Source: Eledone cirrhosa (Eukaryota). Taken from it: a stretch of DNA of 64,000 bases. Below are positions 1 to 15,000 of the stretch, piece after piece (position 1 is the stretch's first letter; the number at the start of each line of letters is the position of its first letter). The notes beneath the pieces are model-generated. The model was given only the letters and a program-made list of their open reading frames with translations, ran no database searches and was not told where the DNA came from. The position numbers and the translations under genes are program-made. Location: NCBI GenBank assembly GCA_964016885.1, contig OZ024740.1, positions 412,672,001 to 412,736,000 of the forward strand, written 5' to 3'.

Positions 1-3000
1 AGGAGGTGTAGTGTGTAGGGAGTTATGTATATGTGTGTAGGTGTAGTGTGTATGGAGTTATGTATATGTGTGTAGAAAGTGTAGTGTGTATGGAGTTAGG
101 TATATGTGTGTAGAAGGTGTAGTGTGTATGGAGTTATGTATATGTGTGTAGAAAGTGTAGTGTGTATGGAATTATGTATATGTGTGTAGAAGGTGTAGTG
201 TGTATCGAGTTATGTATATGTGTGTAGAAGGTGTAGTGTGTATGGAGTTATATATATGTGTGTAGAAGGTGTAGTGTGTATGGAGTTATATACATGTGTG
301 TAGAAGGTGTAGTGTGTATGGAGTTATGTATATGTGTGTAGAAGTTGTAGTGTGTATGGAGTTATGTATATGTGTGTAGAAAGTGTAGTGTGTATGGAGT
401 TATGTATATGTGTGTAGAAGTTGTATTGTGTATGGAGTTATGTCTATGTGTGTAGAAGGTGTAGTGTGTATGGAGTTATGTATATGTGTGTAGAAGGTGT
501 AGTGTGTATGGAATTATGTATATGTGTGTAGAAGGTGTAGTGTGTATGGAGTTATGTATATGTGTGTAGAAGGTGTAGTGTGTATGGAGTTATGTATATG
601 TGTGTAGAAGGTGTAGTGTGTATGGAGTTATGTATATGTGTGTAGAAGGTGTAGTGTGTATGGAGTTATGTATATGTGTGTAGAAGGTGTAGTACGTATG
701 GAGTTATGTATATGTGTGTAGGTTTAGTGTGTATGGAATAATGTATATGTGTGTAGGTGTAGTGTGTATGGAGTTATGTGTATGTGTGTAGAAGGTGTAG
801 TGTGTATGGAGTTATTTATATGTGTGTAGGTGTAGTGTGTATTGATTTATGTATATGCGTGTAGAAGGTGTAAATTGTATGGGGTTATGTGTATGTGTGT
901 AGGTGTAGTGTGTATGGAGTTATGTGTATGTGTGTAGAAGGTGTAGTGTGTATGGAGTTATGTATATGTGTGTAGAAGGTGTAAATTGTATGGGGTTATG
1001 TGTATGTGTGTAGAAGGTGTAGTGTGTATGGAGTTATGTATATGTGTGTAGGTGTAGTGTGTATGGAGTTATGTATATGTGTGTAGAAATTGTAGTGTGT
1101 ATGGAGTTAGGTATATGTGTGTAGAAGGTGTAGTGTGTATGGAGTTATGTATATGTGTGTAGAAAGTGTAGTGTGTATGGAATTATGTATATGTGTGTAG
1201 AAGGTGTAGTGTGTATAGAGTTATGTATATGTGTGTAGAAGGTGTAGTGTGTATGGAGTTATATATATGTGTGTAGAAGGTGTAGTGTGTATGGAGTTAT
1301 GTATATGTGTGTAGAAAGTGTAGTGTGTATGGAGTTATGTATATGTGTGTAGAAGGCGTAATGTGTATGGAGTTATGTATATGTGTGTAGAAGGTGTAGT
1401 GTGTATGGAGTTATGTATATGTGTGTAGGTGTTGTGTGTATTGGGTTGTGTATATGTGTGTAGAAAGTGTAGTGTGTATGGAGTTATGTATATGTGTGTA
1501 GAAGGTGTAGTGTGTATGGAGTTATGTATATGTGTGTAGAAAGTGTAGTGTGTATGGAATTATGTATATGTGTGTAGAAGGTGTAGTGTGTATGGAGTTA
1601 TGTATATGTGTGTAGAAAGTGTAGTGTGTATGGAGTTATGTATATGTGTGTAGAAGGTGTAGTGTGTATGGAGTTATGTATATGTGTGTATGTGTAGTGT
1701 GTATGGAGTTATGTATATGTGTGTTGTAGGTGTAGTGTGTATGGAGTTATGTATATGTGTGTAGAAGTTGTAGTGTGTATGGAGTTATGTATATGTGTGT
1801 AGAAAGTGTAGTGTGTATGGAGTTATGTATATGTGTGTACAAGCTGTAGTGTGTATGGAGTTATGTATATGTGTGTAGAAAGTGTAGTGTGTATGGAGTT
1901 ATGTATATGTGTGCAGAAGTTGTAGTGTGTATGGAGTTATGTATATGTGTGTAGAATGTGTAGTGTGTATGGAATTATGTGTATGTGTGTAGAAGGTGTA
2001 TGTGTATGGAGTTATGTATATGTGTGTAGAAGGTATAGTGTGTATGGAGTTATGTGTATGTGTGTAGGTGTAGTGTGTATGGAGTTATGTATATGTGTGT
2101 AGGTGTAGTGTGTATGGAGTTATGTGTATGTGTGTTGAAGGTGTAGTATGCATGGAGTTATGTATATGTGTGTAGAAGGTGTAGTGTGTATGGAGTTATG
2201 TATATGTGTGTAGAAAGTGTAGTGTGTATGGAGTTATGTATATGTGTGTAGAAGCTGTAGTGTGTATGGAGTTATGTATATGTGTGTAGAAGGTGTAGTG
2301 TGTAGGGAGTTATGTCTATGTGTGTAGAAGGTGTAGTGTGTATGGAGTTATGTATATGTGTGTAGAAGGTGTAGTGTGTATGGAATTATGTATATGTGTG
2401 TAGAAGGTGTAGTGTGTATGGAGTTATGTATATGTGTGTAGAAGCTGTAGTGTGTATGGAGTTATGTATATGTGTGTAGAAGGTGTAGTGTGTAGGGAGT
2501 TATGTATATGTGTGTAGAAAGTGTAGTGTGTATGGAGTTATGTATATGTGTGTAGAAGGTGTAGTGCGTATGGAGTTATGTATATGTGTGTAGGTTTAGT
2601 GTGTATGGAATAATGTATATGTGTGTAGGTGTAGTGTGTATGGAGTTATGTGTATGTGTGTAGAAGGTGTAGTGTGTATGGAGTTATTTATATGTGTGTA
2701 GGTGTAGTGTGTATGGAGTTATGTATATCCGTGTAGAAGGTGTAAATTGTATGGGGTTATGTGTATGTGTGTAGGTATAGTGTGTATGGAATTATGTGTA
2801 TGTGTGTAGAAGGTGTAGTGTGTATGGAGTTATGTATATGTGTGTAGAAGGTGTAAATTGTATGGGGTTATGTGTATGTGTGTAGAAGGTGTAGTGTGTA
2901 GGGAGTTATGTATATGTGTGTAGGTGTAGTGTGTATGGAGTTATGTATATGTGTGTAGAAAGTGTAGTGTGTATGGAGTTAGGTATATGTGTGTAGAAGG

Positions 3001-6000
3001 TGTAGTGTGTATGGAGTTATGTATATGTGTGTAGAAAGTGTAGTGTGTATGGAATTATGTATATGTGTGTAGAAGGTGTATTGTGTATGGAGTTATGTAT
3101 ATGTGTGTAGAAGGTGTAGTGTGTATGGAGTTATATATATGTGTGTAGAAGGTGTAGTGTGTATGGAGTTATATACATGTGTGTAGAAGGTGTAGTCTGT
3201 ATGGAGTTATGTATATGTGTGTAGAAGGTGTAGTGTGTATGGCGTTATGTATATGTGTGTAGAAAGTGTAGTGTGTATGGAATTATGTATATGTGTGTAG
3301 AAGGTGTAGTGTGTATGGAGTTATGTATATCTGTGTAGAAGGTGTAGTGCGTATGGAGTTATATATATGTGTGTAGAAGGTGTAGTGTGTATGGAGTTAT
3401 GTATATGTGTGTAGAAAGTGTAGTGTGTATGGAGTTATGTATATGTGTGTAGAAGGCGTAATGTGTATGGAGTTATGTATATGTGTGTAGAAGGTGTAGT
3501 GTGTATGGAGTCATGTATATGTGTGTAGGTGTTGTGTGTATTGGGTTGTGTATATGTGTGTAGAAAGTGTAGTGTGTATGGAGTTATGTATATGTGTGTA
3601 GAAGGTGTAGTGTGTATGGAGTTATGTATATGTGTGTAAAAAGTGTAGTGTGTATGGAATTATGTATATGTGTGTAGAAGGTGTAGTGTGTATGGAGTTA
3701 TGTATATGTGTGTATGTGTAGTGTGTATGGAGTTATGTATATGTGTGTAGTAGGTGTAGTGTGTATGGAGTTATGTATATGTGTGTAGAAGTTGTAGTGT
3801 GTATGGAGTTATGTATATGTGTGTAGAAAGTGTAGTGTGTATGGAGTTATGTATATGTGTGTACAAGGTGTAGTGTGTATGGAGTTATGTATATGTGTGT
3901 AGAAAGTGTAGTGTGTATGGAATTATGTATATGTGTGTAGAAGGTGTAGTGTGTATGGAGTTATGTATATGTGTGTATGTGTAGTGTGTATGGAGTTATG
4001 TATATGTGTGTAGTAGGTGTAGTGTGTATGGAGTTATGTATATGTGTGTAGAAGTTGTAGTGTGTATGGAGTTATGTATATGTGTGTAGAAAGTGTAGTG
4101 TGTATGGAGTTATGTATATGTGTGCAGAAGGTGTAGTGTGTATGGAGTTATGTATATGTGTGTAGAAGGTGTAGTGTGTATGGAATTATGTGTATGTGTG
4201 TAGAAGGTGTATGTGTATGGAGTTATATATATGTGTGTTGAAGGTATAGTGTGTATGGAGTTATGTGTATGTGTGTAGGTGTAGTGTGTATGGAGTTATG
4301 TATATGTGTGTAGGTGTAGTGTGTATGGAGTTATGTATATGTGTGTAGAAAGTATAGTGTGTATGGAGTTATGTATATGTGTGTAGAAGTTGTATTGTGT
4401 ATGGAGTTATGTCTATGTGTGTAGAAGGTGTAGTGTGTATGGAGTTATGTCTATGTGTGTAGAAGGTGTAGTGTGTATGGAGTTATGTATATGTGTGTAG
4501 AAGGTGTAGTGTGTATGGAATTATGTATATGCGTGTAGAAGGTGTAGTGTGTATGGAGTTATGTATATGTGTGTAGAAGGTGTAGTGTGTATGGAGTTAT
4601 GTATATGTGTGTAGAAGGTGTAGTGTGTATGGAGTTATGTATATGTGTGTAGAAGGTGTAGTGTGTATGGAGTTATGTATATGTGTGTAGAAGGTGTAGT
4701 GCGTATGGAGATATGTATATGTGTGTAGGTTTAGTGTGTATGGAATAATGTATATGTGTGTAGGTGTAGTGTGTATGGAGTTATGTGTATGTGTGTAGAA
4801 GGTGTAGTGTGTATGGAGTTATGTATATGTGTGTAGAAGGTGTAAATTGTATGGGGTTATGTGTATGTGTGTAGAAGGTGTAGTGTGTAGGGAGTTATGT
4901 ATATGTGTGTAGGTGTAGTGTGTATGGAGTTATGTATATGTGTGTAGAAAGTGTAGTGTGTATGGAGTTAGGTATATGTGTGTAGAAGGTGTAGTGTGTA
5001 TGGAGTTATGTATATGTGTGTAGAAAGTGTAGTGTGTATGGAATTATGTATATGTGTGTAGAAGGTGTAGTGTGTATGGAGTTATGTATATGTGTGTATG
5101 TGTAGTGTGTATGGAGTTATGTATATGTGTGTAGTAGGTGTAGTGTGTATGGAGTTATGTATATGTGTGTAGAAGTTGTAGTGTGTATGGAGTTATGTAT
5201 ATGTGTGTAGAAAGTGTAGTGTGTATGGAGTTATGTATATGTGTGTACAAGGTGTAGTGTGTATGGAGTTATGTATATGTGTGTAGAAAGTGTAGTGTGT
5301 ATGGAGTTATGTATATGTGTGCAGAAGGTGTAGTGTGTATGGAGTTATGTATATGTGTGTAGAAGGTGTAGTGTGTATGGAATTATGTGTATGTGTGTAG
5401 AAGGTGTATGTGTATGGAGTTATCTATATGTGTGTTGAAGGTATAGTGTGTATGGAGTTATGTGTATGTGTGTAGGTGTAGTGTGTATGGAGTTATGTAT
5501 ATGTGTGTAGGTGTAGTGTGTATGGAGTTATGTATATGTGTGTAGAAAGTATAGTGTGTATGGAGTTATGTATATGTGTGTAGAAGTTGTATTGTGTATG
5601 GAGTTATGTCTATGTGTGTAGAAGGTGTAGTGTGTATTGAGTTATGTATATGTGTGTAGAAGGTGTAGTGTGTATGGAATTATGTATATGTGTGTAGAAG
5701 GTGTAGTGTGTATGGAGTTATGTATATGTGTGTAGAAGGTGTAGTGTGTATGGAGTTATGTATATGTGTGTAGAAGGTGTAGTGTGTATGGAGTTATGTA
5801 TATGTGTGTAGAAGGTGTAGTGTGTATGCAGTTATGTATATGTGTGTAGAAGGTGTAGTGCGTATGGAGTTATGTATATGTGTGTAGGTTTAGTGTGTAT
5901 GGAATAATGTATATGTGTGTAGGTGTAGTGTGTATGGAGTTATGTGTATGTGTGTAGAAGGTGTAGTGTGTATGGAGTTATTTATATGTGTGTAGGTGTA

Positions 6001-9000
6001 GTGTGTATGGAGTTATGTATATCCGTGTAGAAGGTGTAAATTGTATGGGGTTATGTGTATGTGTGTAGGTATAGTGTGTATGGAGTTATGTGTATGTGTG
6101 TAGAAGGTGTAGTGTGTATGGAGTTATGTATATGTGTGTAGAAGGTGTAAATTGTATGGGGTTATGTGTATGTGTGTAGAAGGTGTAGTGTGTAGGGAGT
6201 TATGTATATGTGTGTAGGTGTAGTGTGTATGGAGTTATGTATATGTGTGTAGAAAGTGTAGTGTGTATGGAGTTAGGTATATGTGTGAAGAAGGTGTAGT
6301 GTGTATGGAGTTATGTATATGTGTGTAGAAAGTGTAGTGTGTATGGAATTATGTATATGTGTGTAGAAGGTGTATTGTGTATGGAGTTATGTATATGTGT
6401 GTAGAAGGTGTAGTGTGTATGGAGTTATATATATGTGTGTAGAAGGTGTAGTGTGTATGGAGTTATATACATGTGTGTAGAAGGTGTAGTGTGTATGGAG
6501 TTATGTATATGTGTGTAGAAGGTGTAGTGTGTATGGAGTTATGTATATGTGTATAGAAAGTGTAGTGTGTATGGAATTATGTATATGTGTGTAGAAGGTG
6601 TAGTGTGTATGGAGTTATGTATATCTGTGTAGAAGGTGTAGTGTGTATGGAGTTATATATATGTGTGTAGAAGGTGTAGTGTGTATGGAGTTATGTATAT
6701 GTGTGTAGAAAGTGTAGTGTGTATGGAGTTATGTATATGTGTGTAGAAGGCGTAATGTGTATGGAGTTATGTATATGTGTGTAGAAGGTGTAGTGTGTAT
6801 GGAGTCATGTATATGTGTGTAGGTGTTGTGTGTATTGGGTTGTGTATATGTGTGTAGAAAGTGTAGTGTGTATGGAGTTATGTATATGTGTGTAGAAGGT
6901 GTAGTGTGTATGGAGTTATGTATATGTGTGTAGAAAGTGTAGTGTGTATGGAATTATGTATATGTGTGTAGAAGGTGTAGTGTGTATGGAGTTATGTATA
7001 TGTGTGTATGTGTAGTGTGTATGGAGTTATGTATATGTGTGTAGTAGGTGTAGTGTGTATGGAGTTATGTATATGTGTGTAGAAGTTGTAGTGTGTATGG
7101 AGTTATGTATATGTGTGTAGAAAGTGTAGTGTGTATGGAGTTATGTATATGTGTGTACAAGGTGTAGTGTGTATGGAGTTATGTATATGTGTGTAGAAAG
7201 TGTAGTGTGTATGGAGTTATGTATATGTGTGCAGAAGGTGTAGTGTGTATGGAGTTATGTATATGTGTGTAGAAGGTGTAGTGTGTATGGAATTATGTGT
7301 ATGTGTGTAGAAGGTGTATGTGTATGGAGTTATCTATATGTGTGTTGAAGGTATAGTGTGTATGGAGTTATGTGTATGTGTGTAGGTGTAGTGTGTATGG
7401 AGTTATGTATATGTGTGTAGGTGTAGTGTGTATGGAGTTATGTATATGTGTGTAGAAAGTATAGTGTGTATGGAGTTATGTATATGTGTGTAGAAGTTGT
7501 ATTGTGTATGGAGTTATGTATATGTGTGTAGGTGTAGTGTGTATGGAGTTATGTATATGTGTGTAGAAGGTGTAGTGTGTATGGAGTTATGTATATGTGT
7601 GTAGAAGGTGTAGTGTGTATGGAATTATGTATATGCGTGTAGAAGGTGTAGTGTGTATGGAGTTATGTATATGTGTGTAGAAGGTGTAGTGTGTATGGAG
7701 TTATGTATATGTGTGTAGAAGGTGTAGTGTGTATGGTGTTATGTATATGTGTGTAGAAGGTGTAGTGTGTATGGAGTTATGTATATGTGTGTAGAAGGTG
7801 TAGTGCGTATGGAGTTATGTATATGTGTGTAGGTTTAGTGTGTATGGAATAATGTATATGTGTGTAGGTGTAGTGTGTATGGAGTTATGTGTATGTGTGT
7901 AGAAGGTGTAGTGTGTATGGAGTTATTTATATGTGTGTAGGTGTAGTGTGTATGGAGTTATGTATATCGGTGTAGAAGGTGTAAATTGTATGGGGTTATG
8001 TGTATGTGTGTAGGTGTAGTGTGTATGGAGTTATGTGTATGTGTGTAGAAGGTGTAGTGTGTATGGAGTTATGTATATGTGTGTAGAAGGTGTAAATTGT
8101 ATGGGGTTATGTGTATGTGTGTAGAAGGTGTAGTGTGTAGGGAGTTATGTATATGTGTGTAGGTGTAGTGTGTATGGAGTTATGTATATGTGTGTAGAAA
8201 GTGTAGTGTGTATGGAGTTATGTATATGTGTGTAGAAAGTGTAGTGTGTATGGAATTATGTATATGTGTGTAGAAGGTGTAGTGTGTATGGAGTTATGTA
8301 TATGTGTGTATGTGTAGTGTGTATGGAGTTATGTATATGTGTGTAGTAGGTGTAGTGTGTATGGAGTTATGTATATGTGTGTAGAAGTTGTAGTGTGTAT
8401 GGAGTTATGTATATGTGTGTAGAAAGTGTAGTGTGTATGGAGTTATGTATATGTGTGTACAAGGTGTAGTGTGTATGGAGTTATGTATATGTGTGTAGAA
8501 AGTGTAGTGTGTATGGAGTTATGTATATGTGTGCAGAAGGTGTAGTGTGTATGGAGTTATGTATATGTGTGTAAAAGGTGTAGTGTGTATGGAATTATGT
8601 GTATGTGTGTAGAAGGTGTATGTGTATGGAGTTATCTATATGTGTGTTGAAGGTATATTGTGTATGGAGTTATGTGTATGTGTGTAGGTGTAGTGTGTAT
8701 GGAGTTATGTATATGTGTGTAGGTGTAGTGTGTATGGAGTTATGTATATGTGTGTAGAAAGTATAGTGTGTATGGAGTTATGTATATGTGTGTAGAAGTT
8801 GTATTGTGTATGGAGTTATGTCTATGTGTGTAGAAGGTGTAGTGTGTATTGAGTTATGTATATGTGTGTAGAAGGTGTAGTGTGTATGGAATTATGTATA
8901 TGTGTGTAGAAGGTGTAGTGTGTATGGAGTTATGTATATGTGTGTAGAAGGTGTAGTGTGTATGGAGTTATGTATATGTGTGTAGAAGGTGTAGTGTGTA

Positions 9001-12000
9001 TGGAGTTATGTATATGTGTGTAGAAGGTGTAGTGTGTATGCAGTTATGTATATGTGTGTAGAAGGTGTAGTGCGTATTGAGTTATGTATATGTGTGTAGG
9101 TTTAGTGTGTATGGAATAATGTATATGTGTGTAGGTGTAGTGTGTATGGAGTTATGTGTATGTGTGTAGAAGGTGTAGTGTGTATGGAGTTATTTATATG
9201 TGTGTAGGTGTAGTGTGTATGGAGTTATGTATATCCGTGTAGAAGGTGTAAATTGTATGGGGTTATGTGTATGTGTGTAGGTGTAGTGTGTATGGAGTTA
9301 TGTGTATGTGTGTAGAAGGTGTAGTGTGTATGGAGTTATGTATATGTGTGTAGAAGGTGTAAATTGTATGGGGTTATGTGTATGTGTGTAGAAGGTGTAG
9401 TGTGTAGGGAGTTATGTATATGTGTGTAGGTGTAGTGTGTATGGAGTTATGTATATGTGTGTAGAAAGTGTAGTGTGTATGGAGTTAGGTATATGTGTGT
9501 AGAAGGTGTAGTGTGTAAGGAGTTATGTATATGTGTGTAGAAAGTGTAGTGTGTATGGAATTATGTATATGTGTGTAGAAGGTGTAGTGTGTATGGAGTT
9601 ATGTATATGTGTGTAGAAGGTGTAGTGTGTATGGAGTTATATATATGTGTGTAGAAGGTGTAGTATGTATGGAGTTATGTATATGTGTGTAGAAAGTGTA
9701 GTGTGTATGGAGTTATGTATATGTGTGTAGAAGGTGTAATGTGTATGGAGTTATGTATATGTGTGTAGAAGGTGTAGTGTGTTTGGAGTTATGTATATGT
9801 GTGTAGGTGTTGTGTGTATTGGGTTATGTATATGTGTGTAGAAAGTGTAGTGTGTATGGAGTTATGTATATGTGTGTAGAAGGTGTAGTGTGTATGGAGT
9901 TATGTATATGTGTGTAGAAAGTGTAGTGTGTATGGAATTATCTATATGTGTGTAGAAGGTGTAGTGTGTATGGAGTTATGTATATGTGTGTAGAAGGTGT
10001 AGTGTGTATGGAGTTATGTATATGTGTGTAGAAAGTGTAGTGTGTATGGAGTTATGTATAGGTGTGTAGAAGGTGTAGTGTGTATGGAGTTATGTATATG
10101 TGTGTAGAAGGTGTAGTGCGTATGGAGTTATGTATATGTGTGTAGGTTTAGTGTGTATGGAATAATGTATATGTGTGTAGGTGTAGTGTGTATGGAGTTA
10201 TGTGTATGTGTGTAGAAGGTGTAGTGTGTATGGAGTTATGTATATGTGTGTAGGTGTAGTGTGTATGGAGTTATGTATATCCGTGTAGAAGGTGTAAATT
10301 GTATGGGGTTATGTGTATGTGTGTAGGTATAGTGTGCATGGAGTTATGTGTATGTGTGTAGAAGGTGTAGTGTGTATGGAGTTATGTATATGTGTGTAGA
10401 AGGTGTAAATAGTATGGGGTTATGTGTATGTGTGTAGAAGGTGTAGTGTGTAGGGAGTTATGTATATGTGTGTAGGTGTAGTGTGTATGGAGTTATGTAT
10501 ATGTGTGTAGAAAGTGTAGTGTGTATGGAGTTAGGTATATGTGTGTAGAAGGTGTAGTGTGTATGGAGTTATGTATATGTGTGTAGAAAGTGTAGTGTGT
10601 ATGGAATTATGTATATGTGTGTAGAAGGTGTATTGTGTATGGAGTTATGTATATGTGTGTAGAAGGTGTAGTGTGTATGGAGTTATATATATGTGTGTAG
10701 AAGGTGTAGTGTGTATGGAGTTATATACATGTGTGTAGAAGGTGTAGTGTGTATGGAGTTATGTATATGTGTGTAGAAGGTGTAGTTTGTATGGAGTTAT
10801 GTATATGTGTGTAGAAAGTGTAGTGTGTATGGAATTATGTATATGTGTGTAGAAGGTGTAGTGTGTATGGAGTTATGTATATCTGTGTAGAAGGTGTAGT
10901 GTGTATGGAGTTATATATATGTGTGTAGAAGGTGTAGTGTGTATGGAGTTATGTATATGTGTGTAGAAAGTGTAGTGTGTATGGAGTTATGTATATGTGT
11001 GTAGAAGGCGTAATGTGTATGGAGTTATGTATATGTGTGTAGAAGGTGTAGTGTGTATGGAGTCATGTATATGTGTGTAGGTGTTGTGTGTATTGGGTTG
11101 TGTATATGTGTGTAGAAAGTGTAGTGTGTATGGAGTTATGTATATGTGTGTAGAAGGTGTAGTGTGTATGGAGTTATGTATATGTGTGTAGAAAGTGTAG
11201 TGTGTATGGAATTATGTATATGTGTGTAGAAGGTGTAGTGTGTATGGAGTTATGTATATGTGTGTATGTGTAGTGTGTATGGAGTTATGTATATGTGTGT
11301 AGTAGGTGTAGTGTGTATGGAGTTATGTATATGTGTGTAGAAGTTGTAGTGTGTATGGAGTTATGTATATGTGTGTAGAAAGTGTAGTGTGTATGGAGTT
11401 ATGTATATGTGTGTACAAGGTGTAGTGTGTATGGAGTTATGTATATGTGTGTAGAAAGTGTAGTGTGTATGGAGTTATGTATATGTGTGTAGAAGTTGTA
11501 GTGTGTATGGAGTTATGTATATGTGTGTAGAAAGTGTAGTGTGTATGGAGTTATGTATATGTGTGTACAAGGTGTAGTGTGTATGGAGTTATGTATATGT
11601 GTGTAGAAAGTGTAGTGTGTATGGAGTTATGTGTATGTGTGCAGAAGGTGTAGTGTGTATGGAGTTATGTATATGTGTGTAGAAGGTGTAGTGTGTATGG
11701 AATTATGTGTATGTGTGTAGAAGGTGTATGTGTATGGAGTTATATATATGTGTGTTGAAGGTATAGTGTGTATGGAGTTATGTGTATGTGTGTAGGTGTA
11801 GTGTGTATGGAGTTATGTATATGTGTGTAGGTGTAGTGTGTATGGAGTTATGTATATGTGTGTAGAAAGTATAGTGTGTATGGAGTTATGTATATGTGTG
11901 TAGAAGTTGTATTGTGTATGGAGTTATGTCTATGTGTGTAGAAGGTGTAGTGTGTATGGAGTTATGTATATGTGTGTAGAAGGTGTAGTGTGTATGGAAT

Positions 12001-15000
12001 TATGTATATGCGTGTAGAAGGTGTAGTGTGTATGGAGTTATGTATATGTGTGTAGAAGGTGTAGTGTGTATGGAGTTATGTATATGTGTGTAGAAGGTGT
12101 AGTGTGTATGGAGTTATGTATATGTGTGTAGAAGGTGTAGTGTGTATGGAGTTATGTATATGTGTGTAGAAGGTGTAGTGCGTATGGAGATATTTATATG
12201 TGTGTAGGTTTAGTGTGTATGGAATAATGTATATGTGTGTAGGTGTAGTGTGTATGGAGTTATGTGTATGTGTGTAGAAGGTGTAGTGTGTATGGAGTTA
12301 TGTATATGTGTGTAGAAGGTGTAAATTGTATGGGGTTATGTGTATGTGTGTAGAAGGTGTAGTGTGTAGGGAGTTATGTATATGTGTGTAGGTGTAGTGT
12401 GTATGGAGTTATGTATATGTGTGTAGAAAGTGTAGTGTGTATGGAGTTAGGTATATGTGTGTAGAAGGTGTAGTGTGTATGGAGTTATGTATATGTGTGT
12501 AGAAAGTGTAGTGTGTATGGAATTATGTATATGTGTGTAGAAGGTGTAGTGTGTATGGAGTTATGTATATGTGTGTATGTGTAGTGTGTATGGAGTTATG
12601 TATATGTGTGTAGTAGGTGTAGTGTGTATGGAGTTATGTATATGTGTGTAGAAGTTGTAGTGTGTATGGAGTTATGTATATGTGTGTAGAAAGTGTAGTG
12701 TGTATGGAGTTATGTATATGTGTGCAGAAGGTGTAGTGTGTATGGAGTTATGTATATGTGTGTAGAAGGTGTAGTGTGTATGGAATTATGTGTATGTGTG
12801 TAGAAGGTGTATGTGTATGGAGTTATCTATATGTGTGTTGAAGGTATAGTGTGTATGGAGTTATGTGTATGTGTGTAGGTGTAGTGTGTATGGAGTTATG
12901 TATATGTGTGTAGGTGTAGTGTGTATGGAGTTATGTATATGTGTGTAGAAAGTATAGTGTGTATGGAGTTATGTATATGTGTGTAGAAGTTGTATTGTGT
13001 ATGGAGTTATGTCTATGTGTGTAGAAGGTGTAGTGTGTATTGAGTTATGTATATGTGTGTAGAAGGTGTAGTGTGTATGGAATTATGTATATGTGTGTAG
13101 AAGGTGTAGTGTGTATGGAGTTATGTATATGTGTGTAGAAGGTGTAGTGTGTATGGAGTTATGTATATGTGTGTAGAAGGTGTAGTGTGTATGGAGTTAT
13201 GTATATGTGTGTAGAAGGTGTAGTGTGTATGCAGTTATGTATATGTGTGTAGAAGGTGTAGTGCGTATGGAGTTATGTATATGTGTGTAGGTTTAGTGTG
13301 TATGGAATAATGTATATGTGTGTAGGTGTAGTGTGTATGGAGTTATGTGTATGTGTGTAGAAAGTGTAGTGTGTATGGAGTTATTTATATGTGTGTAGGT
13401 GTAGTGTGTATGGAGTTATGTATATCCGTGTAGAAGGTGTAAATTGTATGGGGTTATGTGTATGTGTGTAGGTATAGTGTGTATGGAGTTATGTGTATGT
13501 GTGTAGAAGGTGTAGTGTGTATGGAGTTATGTATATGTGTGTAGAAGGTGTAAATTGTATGGGGTTATGTGTATGTGTGTAGAAGGTGTAGTGTGTAGGG
13601 AGTTATGTATATGTGTGTAGGTGTAGTGTGTATGGAGTTATGTATATGTGTGTAGAAAGTGTAGTGTGTATGGAGTTAGGTATATGTGTGTAGAAGGTGT
13701 AGTGTGTATGGAGTTATGTATATGTGTGTAGAAAGTGTAGTGTGTATGGAATTATGTATATGTGTGTAGAAGGTGTATTGTGTATGGAGTTATGTATATG
13801 TGTGTAGAAGGTGTAGTGTGTATGGAGTTATATATATGTGTGTAGAAGGTGTAGTGGGTATGGAGTTATATACATGTGTGTAGAAGGTGTAGTGTGTATG
13901 GAGTTATGTATATGTGTGTAGAAGGTGTAGTGTGTATGGAGTTATGTATATGTGTATAGAAAGTGTAGTGTGTATGGAATTATGTATATGTGTGTAGAAG
14001 GTGTAGTGTGTATGGAGTTATGTATATCTGTGTAGAAGGTGTAGTGTGTATGGAGTTATATATATGTGTGTAGAAGGTGTAGTGTGTATGGAGTTATGTA
14101 TATGTGTGTAGAAAGTGTAGTGTGTATGGAGTTATGTATATGTGTGTAGAAGGCGTAATGTGTATGGAGTTATGTATATGTGTGTAGAAGGTGTAGTGTG
14201 TATGGAGTCATGTATATGTGTGTAGGTGTTGTGTGTATTGGGTTGTGTATATGTGTGTAGAAAGTGTAGTGTGTATGGAGTTATGTATATGTGTGTAGAA
14301 GGTGTAGTGTGTATGGAGTTATGTATATGTGTGTAGAAAGTGTAGTGTGTATGGAATTATGTATATGTGTGTAGAAGGTGTAGTGTGTATGGAGTTATGT
14401 ATATGTGTGTAGAAGGTGTAGTGTGTATGGAGTAATGTATATGTGTGTAGAAAGTGTAGTATGTATGGAGTTATGTGTATGTGTGTAGAAGGTGTAGTGT
14501 GTATGGAGTTATGTATATGTGTGTATGTGTAGTGTGTATGGAGTTATGTATATGTGTGTAGTAGGTGTAGTGTGTATGGAGTTATGTATATGTGTGTAGA
14601 AGTTGTAGTGTGTATGGAGTTATGTATATGTGTGTAGAAAGTGTAGTGTGTATGGAGTTATGTATATGTGTGTACAAGGTGTAGTGTGTATGGAGTTATG
14701 TATATGTGTGTAGAAAGTGTAGTGTGTATGGAGTTATGTATATGTGTGCAGAAGGTGTAGTGTGTATGGAGTTATGTATATGTGTGTAGAAGGTGTATTG
14801 TGTATGGAATTATGTGTATGTGTGTAGAAGGTGTATGTGTATGGAGTTATCTATATGTGTGTTGAAGGTATAGTGTGTATGGAGTTATGTGTATGTGTGT
14901 AGGTGTAGTGTGTATGGAGTTATGTATATGTGTGTAGGTGTAGTGTGTATGGAGTTATGTATATGTGTGTAGAAAGTATAGTGTGTATGGAGTTATGTAT